In this document: piece after piece, positions 57,124-64,000 of the stretch
Numbering within the stretch: position 1 is the first letter of the stretch
Layout: each line of letters opens with the position of its first letter
DNA from: Lepidodermella squamata
Taxonomy: Eukaryota; Animalia; Gastrotricha
Reading direction: 5' to 3'
NCBI GenBank assembly: GCA_047495785.1
Contig: JBLDXI010000012.1
Coordinates: forward strand, 124,001 to 188,000
Length of the DNA: 64,000 nucleotides
Program-made: the position numbers and the translations under genes
Notes under the pieces: model-generated
Database searches by the model: none
What the model saw: the letters and a program-made list of their open reading frames with translations, nothing else
What the model was told of the DNA's origin: nothing

Positions 57124-57801
57124 AAAAATAAAAACAACGAAATCGCAAAGAATCTGAAAAATGTAGTGCCAGGGACGCTTAAATTTAGTGCTGGAACCCC
57201 ATTTTTAGTGGTGGAAATATTTGGTGTAAAATGTGTGGCCGAAGATATGGGTTAAATGTTGGACACCTCATTAGCATATGCGCAGTTATATTGAACCGCG
57301 CAGAAATCAAATTTTTCATAGAATCAAACGCGCTCAACTTGTACCAAATTCCACTAGGTTTCCTTTGCTCTTCCCGTCACTTCATATTAGCGCTATATTA
57401 TAGCTTTAGGTCGTGCCCAACTTTTCGACTTGAACTAAATACCTCATTCAGGAGCAGTCAACTTGATGTGATAGCGCTTCTTGAACATATTTCTCAGTTT
57501 CACCGCACTCATGTCGGCGATAATTTGATAAACAACTGTGTCATCATTTGACGTGAGGAATGTACATGACATGGCGAATTGGACATGATGATCGAAAAAA
57601 TGCGGCACGCTGTGCTATCTACTTACTGCCGAAGCGGCTTAATAGCAAAATAGACCACCACAGGTTCACACTTATCTGTCAGTAGCACAACAACAGTGAG
57701 CTATGCGCTATTCAATAAAATTTAGCCAGCAGTTTAAATCAGCAGTTCAAATGTAGACTCAACAACATTTTGGCTTTTTTTCAGGCTGCAACTCACTTCT
57801 C

Positions 57802-58137
57802 ATGGCTTATAGCGTCGATGTATATTTACCGATTATTTTCTTACTCATAGCTTCATCAATCCTGCAACCAACTCATTGTCTGTATGGTGAAATTTTACGC
57901 GGCCACGGCGGTTCGACGATAAAAGGCGGACCAATCCTCCTTAATATGCTGAAAAATCGCTTGCGACCTTGCAACGATTCGAGCCCGGATTTTCATCGAA
58001 TTGATGGCAAAAGCGGCTGCCTACCGCCTGCTAGCTTTCAACATCATCCTGATCTCGACCGAAGCCGCTATTCATCATTCGATAATTTGATGCTAAAAAA
58101 GCTACAGCGTGAAATGCGCCTTAAAATTCAATTGTGA
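57802..58137 (+). CDS. Small secreted protein with one Cys pair
   Basis: Signal peptide; C-NDSSPDFHRIDGKSG-C; tttttcag acceptor just upstream of the ATG. Confidence 0.75.
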   Translation: MAYSVDVYLPIIFLLIASSILQPTHCLYGEILRGHGGSTIKGGPILLNMLKNRLRPCNDSSPDFHRIDGKSGCLPPASFQHHPDLDRSRYSSFDNLMLKKLQREMRLKIQL

Positions 58138-58552
58138 CATTTTCACGCATATTCGACTATAAAAATAACAATAAATGTCCCGAAATATTCCACATTAATT
58201 TTATCTGGAAGTACGCGTGGTGACCTCATGGTATAATTGTGGTCACTATAACAAAAATAATGGGAATGTCTCTAAATTTTCGCCGCCTCGTTGAGTATTA
58301 GCATACGGTTTCCGACAGTCGCCCTCTGTTTACAGCACCGTTCGCATTAAATCTCAGACATGCCTCATTGATAAATCGATTCTCCTACGACGATGAAGCC
58401 GGAGTTGCATGGAGCGGAACTGTAACCCTTTGTAATAGTATTAATTTCCGCACTTGAGCTATTAATTATTTACGGGTTTTCTCCTCCGCAACAAGCCTTA
58501 TATCTTGCGCGCCAGCTCTTGAGAGTAAGGACTGTGATTTTAGGTGAAAAAT

Positions 58553-58903
58553 ATGTCGTACCTGCTTACCAGCAATTTTGCGATTTTATTCGCTATACTC
58601 AGCCTTACATTCCACGAAAATTCCGCGACCTCAAACCGAGATCTGGAACGTTCCATCGGCAACCCGCTGCACTGGCAAACGTCGGATACGGCGATTTCAA
58701 CAGCTACTAATGCCGATGTTTTGCAGAATTATTTTAAAATTTTGATGCGGCTCGATGAAAATGTCAAGCAAAAAGCTACTAAGAAGGGCAAGGAGCTGTT
58801 AAACAACGCTATGATGGCTGTAGTCGCCGAGATGCGGAAAAACGCTCGTCGAGCTACGCAAAGCCGCTCCCGAGCCGAAATACCCATACATCCAATTATA
58901 TAA
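58553..58903 (+). CDS. Small secreted protein (HWQT/helix family)
   Basis: ATG 58553; signal peptide; PLHWQTS...AMMAVVAEMRK. Confidence 0.85.
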   Translation: MSYLLTSNFAILFAILSLTFHENSATSNRDLERSIGNPLHWQTSDTAISTATNADVLQNYFKILMRLDENVKQKATKKGKELLNNAMMAVVAEMRKNARRATQSRSRAEIPIHPII

Positions 58904-58955
58904 TTTATTTACTTCTACAATGAATTTCATTTATTTACAATAAAATTCTGAAATT

Positions 58956-59330
58956 CTAATAAGGTTTGTCTGAGTTGAAAACTACAGCTTTCGGGCCTTT
59001 GCTGCTGCGTACTGATACGTAGATTTTTCGCGGCTTTCGCAGTCTGTGGTCGCGTAGAAGTTCCTGGGTCTCAGCCAGGGCATCGTCATAGTTTTTCTGC
59101 TTCGATAGAATCACAGCTTTTCTCGCATTGTTCCGCATCTTCAGCGGCCCTTTTTCCGCCTGAGGTAGATCCGAATTCGGTCGAGCGAGAGAATTTGGGT
59201 CCCATGCCGTCCTGATAAAGTTCAACTTGACGACCTCGCGAGAAGTCGAAGGACCTTCAAAATCATTTCGATGAGCCCAGCTCAGATGAAAAGTCAGAAA
59301 AGCTAGCGAAATTACGAAAAAATTCGACAT
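58956..59330 (-). CDS. Small secreted basic protein
   Basis: Signal peptide; KAVILSK and RKIYV resemble KAVVTLK and RIYV of 41823. Confidence 0.8.
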   Translation of the reverse strand: MSNFFVISLAFLTFHLSWAHRNDFEGPSTSREVVKLNFIRTAWDPNSLARPNSDLPQAEKGPLKMRNNARKAVILSKQKNYDDALAETQELLRDHRLRKPRKIYVSVRSSKGPKAVVFNSDKPY

Positions 59331-59914
59331 TTTTTATTACACCAGCAAAATGTCGCAAATGACCCGAAATCGCATGAATAAGCCTCATTTTGAAATTGAC
59401 CTCGCGTTAGCAACGGAAAACTTGAAAATAAATTGTTTATTAAATTTTATTATCCATACCCCCAGCTCAATTTAATGAGAATTAAAAAGCGTGGGATATT
59501 TTTCAATTTGCAGCACCGACTTTTCGAATTTTATGTTTCAAGTGTTTTGTTCCGAATATTATTCAAGGTAAACGCCCTAATACGCATTAGAAATTGTGTT
59601 GTTTATCAACAATAAAGATGACCCTCTCTTGAATTTTTTGAACAACATTGGTCGTTTTTATATCAATTTATTCGATTTGTTAAACGCTGAATGAAACGTG
59701 GGCTATATGAAATAATGAGTTTTTCACCTCCGTAATTCACAGAAAACGCTACCTTATGTGTTTTTTATTTGTTTCTATCGGCCCACAATGCGGATTATGA
59801 AGATCACTGGCGCGTATTAATAAGTCCCAATTCACGTGAAGTGCGACATTGATTGCGGAAACGAGAGTCAAGCCAACGTTTTTAATTTATATAGCTCCAC
59901 ATTAAAAAAACGAT

Positions 59915-60292
59915 ATGGATAACTTAACCATCTTATTATTCGTAGCAATCAGCCTTTTCGTCGAAGCTTCACATCAGGCTAACATTCGAGGCCAGCCTGT
60001 TAAAGAAAAGCAAAAGATCGAAACAAGATCTGGTCCGGTTCGATTTCACTGGCAAACCGAGTCGACCGCAGCGGAAAACGAGCACTATTCGCGGTTTTTA
60101 GAGGCTTATAACCGGCTCCTTGGCAGGCTCAAGGTCAGCACGAAGGTCAGCGCGGATGGCAAGCCGACTGGGTTCGACGAAAATCTGCCATTGGCTATCA
60201 GCGCCCTGGTTGAGGAATTCAAGCGCGGGTCAATGTTGAAGACAAGGCTCGCCAAGCAAAAACAATTAGGCGATTTGAATAAACAGAATTGA
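59915..60292 (+). CDS. Small secreted protein (HWQT/helix family)
   Basis: Signal peptide; RFHWQTE...LAISALVEEFKR. Confidence 0.88.
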   Translation: MDNLTILLFVAISLFVEASHQANIRGQPVKEKQKIETRSGPVRFHWQTESTAAENEHYSRFLEAYNRLLGRLKVSTKVSADGKPTGFDENLPLAISALVEEFKRGSMLKTRLAKQKQLGDLNKQN

Positions 60293-60376
60293 AATTCCGA
60301 TTATTTTATATAATAACTCATTTATTACATTTGAAATTATGCCGACTAGCACGGTGAAATAAATTATATTTTTTTA

Positions 60377-60607
60377 TCACGGAAAGCGCTGGATAGGTCT
60401 GTTTCTATTGAAATTTGATCCTAGATTGCTCCAAACCATGCCTTTAATTCGCTTCCAAGTCGACGGGCGGACGGTTGCAGCAGCCATTTTTGAAGAGAGC
60501 GGCCTGTGAATTCTATTTGCCCGGCCACTGCTTGCCGTCTCGGCTTGAAGCGTCGAGAAGGCCAAAATCATTAAAGTCGCTGTAAATAGAAGCGCTAAAC
60601 AATTCAT
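60377..60607 (-). CDS. Small secreted cationic peptide
   Basis: Signal peptide; KR; R-rich. Confidence 0.78.
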   Translation of the reverse strand: MNCLALLFTATLMILAFSTLQAETASSGRANRIHRPLSSKMAAATVRPSTWKRIKGMVWSNLGSNFNRNRPIQRFP

Positions 60608-61399
60608 CCCGCTATATTGCGTAAAATAAATGATAAGTAACTAAAGACAGGGCATCGTAAAATAAGACCAAGTAAGGGTGCTGCGTGGCGATGCTAAGCT
60701 GTGGTTTCCTATTAGATACGGCTATGCGTCCTAAAAATGAAATCAATTATTCATATGAAAATCGGCTCAAGAGTGCAGCTATCTGTTAATGATGCGCTAT
60801 TACGTAGGTCAGCCCACCTTATAGTCAAATCACACGTGACTGAGAGTGGCTTGTTAACGTCACAACAGCAGACTATTCCGACAACTCGTCTAGTAAACAA
60901 TTGATAATAGGGATTTAATTTTTAATATTAAAATTGGAACAGCAATTTTTTTTCAAGAAATCGAAATAAATCATGAACGGAATTCTTCAGCCATAATAAA
61001 ATGGCCTATATATTTCGTCTTCGCACCCTTGGTTATAGTCATCATAAGTACGAATAAATATTATTTTCCTCATTGATTACGGTCAATTTTTCATCATTAG
61101 AGATTTATTACTTTTTAGCGTGGCCATTGAGTGGACACGCAGCTATTATTAGTGCGAACTTTTGATGCTGGGAATTTTTATTTCCTATATGCCCACGCTT
61201 GCGTGCGGGCATTTGATTTACTGAAGTGCGCAATAGTTATACGAAAAAGCGGGAACGGAAGTTGCTACTCAAATTTACGGGGTTTTTCGTGTAAACCCGG
61301 AATTTCCAGGCTACAATATCCTTATAACGAGGCCTGATTTTTCTCACTTATTCGTTAGTTCGTATAATTCTGGTCAGGTCAATTTTTTGCTCGAATATT

Positions 61400-61786
61400 A
61401 TGTTGCGATTAATTATCGAAATACTCTCAGTTTTTGCGGTTGTAAATTTCGAATTTTCCGCTTCATGGCCAGTCGACGTAATGGATAGGTCAGCTCGTTC
61501 TGCCGAGGTGGATATGACAGGCAGGCGATTTCACTGGCAAACAGAAATGACAGCGAAGCAGACAGAGATCCAAACTAAACTTCTCGAAGGCCTTTACCAT
61601 CAAATTCTCGAAGAATTGACTGCGATTGAAAGTAGCGGTCGCGTTGATGGCACTGAAGCCACTGATCCAGCTATGCTACAACAGGCGGCTATGGCGATCG
61701 CCAAGGAGTACTGGCTCGCTGCCATGTTGAAAGCTCAGCTTATTCATCATCACAGCGACGATGACAAGGCGCATGATCCTCAATAG
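61400..61786 (+). CDS. Small secreted protein (HWQT/helix family)
   Basis: Signal peptide; RRFHWQTE...AAMAIAKEYW. Confidence 0.88.
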   Translation: MLRLIIEILSVFAVVNFEFSASWPVDVMDRSARSAEVDMTGRRFHWQTEMTAKQTEIQTKLLEGLYHQILEELTAIESSGRVDGTEATDPAMLQQAAMAIAKEYWLAAMLKAQLIHHHSDDDKAHDPQ

Positions 61787-62116
61787 ACATCATGTATAAT
61801 ACCACTGAGAGATTGCGAGTATAAATTAAAACCTTAATTTTATTAGCGAGGTTGGCTTTTACCGAAACCTTCGTTACGACAGAACACAGCAATATATTTT
61901 TTTTATGAATTTTATGACCGATAACCACGGAAAAAGATATTTTGATGCCACTCTCAAGATCAATCCCAGTTGAACGTAGGAATCCATCCCATATTCAAGT
62001 TCAAATGGTGTCGAAATTCGAAAGAAACTACCTAAATCTATCAAAAATGGCTATTTTGCCCTGGTGGGAAACTTGATGACCAGAAAAATGGTATTTTGAG
62101 GATAGACGATAAGATG

Positions 62117-62284
62117 GGCAGAACAGCTAATACCAAAAACAGCAAATGCGACAAAACAGCAAGTGGCATAACAGCAGAAACCCGCTGAATCTTCTTCATA
62201 GTAAGTTTTCGCTGTTTTGTCGCGAAATAAAAATTTGCTGTTATGTCGCATTCGCTGTTCTGAGAAGTTGCTGTTATGTCGCCG
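62117..62284. mobile_element. Second copy of the aacagc / gctgtt palindromic MITE-like family
   Basis: Left half has aacagc repeats and right half gctgtt repeats; shares gctgttatgtcg and cgcattcgctgtt with 2810-3009. Confidence 0.65.
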
Positions 62285-64000
62285 TTCAACTTTTTCATAC
62301 CACACATTTTATTCAAAGAAAATTCCCGTTCAATTTACTATCGATAGGTCAAACCCTGGTCGTTCCATGGTATTCCATCCAAGTAAAATAGATCTGGACA
62401 CGAATTAGGGTAACTTGGCCATATGACTATTTTTTCACTCGAAGAGGAACTATTTTTGGCAATAACAAGGATGATGATTCATCAGCCAGATTTTATTGAG
62501 CATTTTACACATGAAAACTGCCAAGATTCCATATAAAATTCAGGTGACTTAAGCTCTCTTTATTTCCAAGTCAAAGGTGTCGCTTGAATGCTGCCATTGA
62601 GAGGAATGATCTGTGGGTGAAAACTCCGTAGCCCTAAGATCCCAGAAACACGAGATATTGACAGCCAAAATCTCGAGGCATAAAGTCGATCAGCTGGTAT
62701 TGCCGATTTAGCGTAAACATACCCTCATCTCAGGAAGACGAACAATTTGAACGGAACAACACGTGGCTGCACGAAGATGGCACCGTGTCGCAAGTAACGA
62801 CGCGATTTACCGAATGTGAAAATGAAGCGCCGTTTATGTACAGGCGCCTGGCCGACGCTGCGGCAAATGGGCTGCGCATCACCATGCCGCTGCTGGCAGT
62901 GCCCTCCTGCTCCTTAAACCGGCATCCGTTTTACCCGATAGAATGCCAGACGAAGGGGCACTTCACACCCTGAATTACCGTACGGGCGAATCATCTTCAT
63001 GGAGCCGATCATGCGCCTAGCGCTGCATCGTAGCAGGCTGGAACAGGTGCTTGGCACGATGGACATCCCGCGACTTGAGTACTGTTCCTTAACATGGAAT
63101 GCGCGCATTACCCTGCCAGCACGATTCAACCTGAGGCAGATTCCGCCATTTTCCTGTTCGCTGAGTTGGAAGAGGTGGCGTTGATAAGTAACGATTGGCG
63201 GTGCGAGCATTTTGTTAGTGGAGGTACTCGGTAGGTTCCACGCAACCGAATGGCCGACTGCCAAATTTTTCTTGATGACCGAATGAACATGAGACAGATG
63301 AACGCGACTGGATATCTGGTCACTCCCAGCATACCGTACAACTTTCCCGACCAGCCATTATAAGTCGGCTTATGAACTTTTTTAAATTCTAATTCTACTT
63401 TTAGAGCATAATAGATTCATCTACTAAGCCGTGTTGTATTTAAATATCGTTAGCGTCGTTGAATCTTGTTTACGTCAGCTTCAAATTGAAAGAGCGGCTT
63501 ATTACGTGTGAATGATGAAACAAATGACCTTTCACCTTGAAACTGTCGTAAAAAAGCCTATAAATCCGAGGTATTCAACGACGCTAAAGTTATCACCTTT
63601 TTGTCATTGTCATTGAAACGATTCAAGGGGAAAGGTGTAAAAACGCGTCCAGTCTTTACACCAGTGCAAAGATGACCAGTGTTTACGTCCTCATGCTGGC
63701 GACTGGCCAATTAAGTTGCCAGTTAGGCATGGAATGTGCCCAGTCGGGAGTGTCCAGGCCTATTCTGGGTTTTTAGACCTGGAAGAGGCCCAAAAGAAGC
63801 CTGAGTTTTCAGTACATTTTTCGTGGATTTTTGCTGGGCCTGGAAGTGGCCTCAAAATGGCCTGAGATTCTAACGCATTTTTTGAGAGTTTTTCGCCAGG
63901 TCCGATCTGGGCCTAAAAATATAACGCAACTGCAACTAACTGCAAGCCTAATATGGACTCACTGCAATGCGCGGATCGCGGATTTTCACTGTAGTAGCTC

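Noticed and set aside
7109-61786. Disulfide-rich venom toxin or bacterial RiPP/bacteriocin cluster
   Set aside because: Mature regions are almost Cys-free, there are no modifying enzymes or transporters, and the gene signals are eukaryotic. Linear toxins or antimicrobial peptides are not excluded.
62785-63350. GC-richer stretch with several overlapping ORFs
   Set aside because: No signal peptide, recognisable domain or convincing splice pattern; it may be a decayed TE or gene fragment.
63740-63920. Short ctggaag(a/t)ggcc and gcctgag repeats; also tgctcaa repeats near 36360-36440
   Set aside because: Probably degenerate MITE internals, but no termini or TSD could be defined.

Overview
Compact-genome metazoan (invertebrate) DNA, not prokaryotic: GT-AG introns are mostly ~50-60 nt, with AATAAA signals and Cys-loop receptors. 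The taxon cannot be fixed from the sequence. From 0.7-7.0 kb there are three tandem paralogous pentameric Cys-loop ligand-gated ion channel subunit genes. From 7.1-61.8 kb there is a very dense cluster of 58 small (54-156 aa) ORFs with uninterrupted CDS. Each starts with a hydrophobic signal peptide, almost all are Cys-free after it, and many have dibasic (KR/RR) sites; 52 of the 58 are on the minus strand. The proteins are mostly unalignable but share short motifs: a (W/F/Y)-(I/M)-x-G-(R/K)-P hairpin-like motif, an (F/Y)HWQ motif followed by a C-terminal helix, a GYYLIxG family and an HPNYN family. One is a classic multi-copy amidated neuropeptide precursor (7 RVamide peptides). Very short gaps with splice-acceptor-like T-rich AG sites before many ATGs suggest operon-like or trans-spliced expression (inference). 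Embedded in the cluster are an intronless bacterial-type double-DUF1566 (Lcl) secreted protein (HGT candidate), DJ-1/PARK7, a secreted VWA-like protein, a NEK-like kinase-ankyrin gene and several MITEs, some nested. Starts were moved from the ORF track to the ATG preceding the signal peptide where appropriate.
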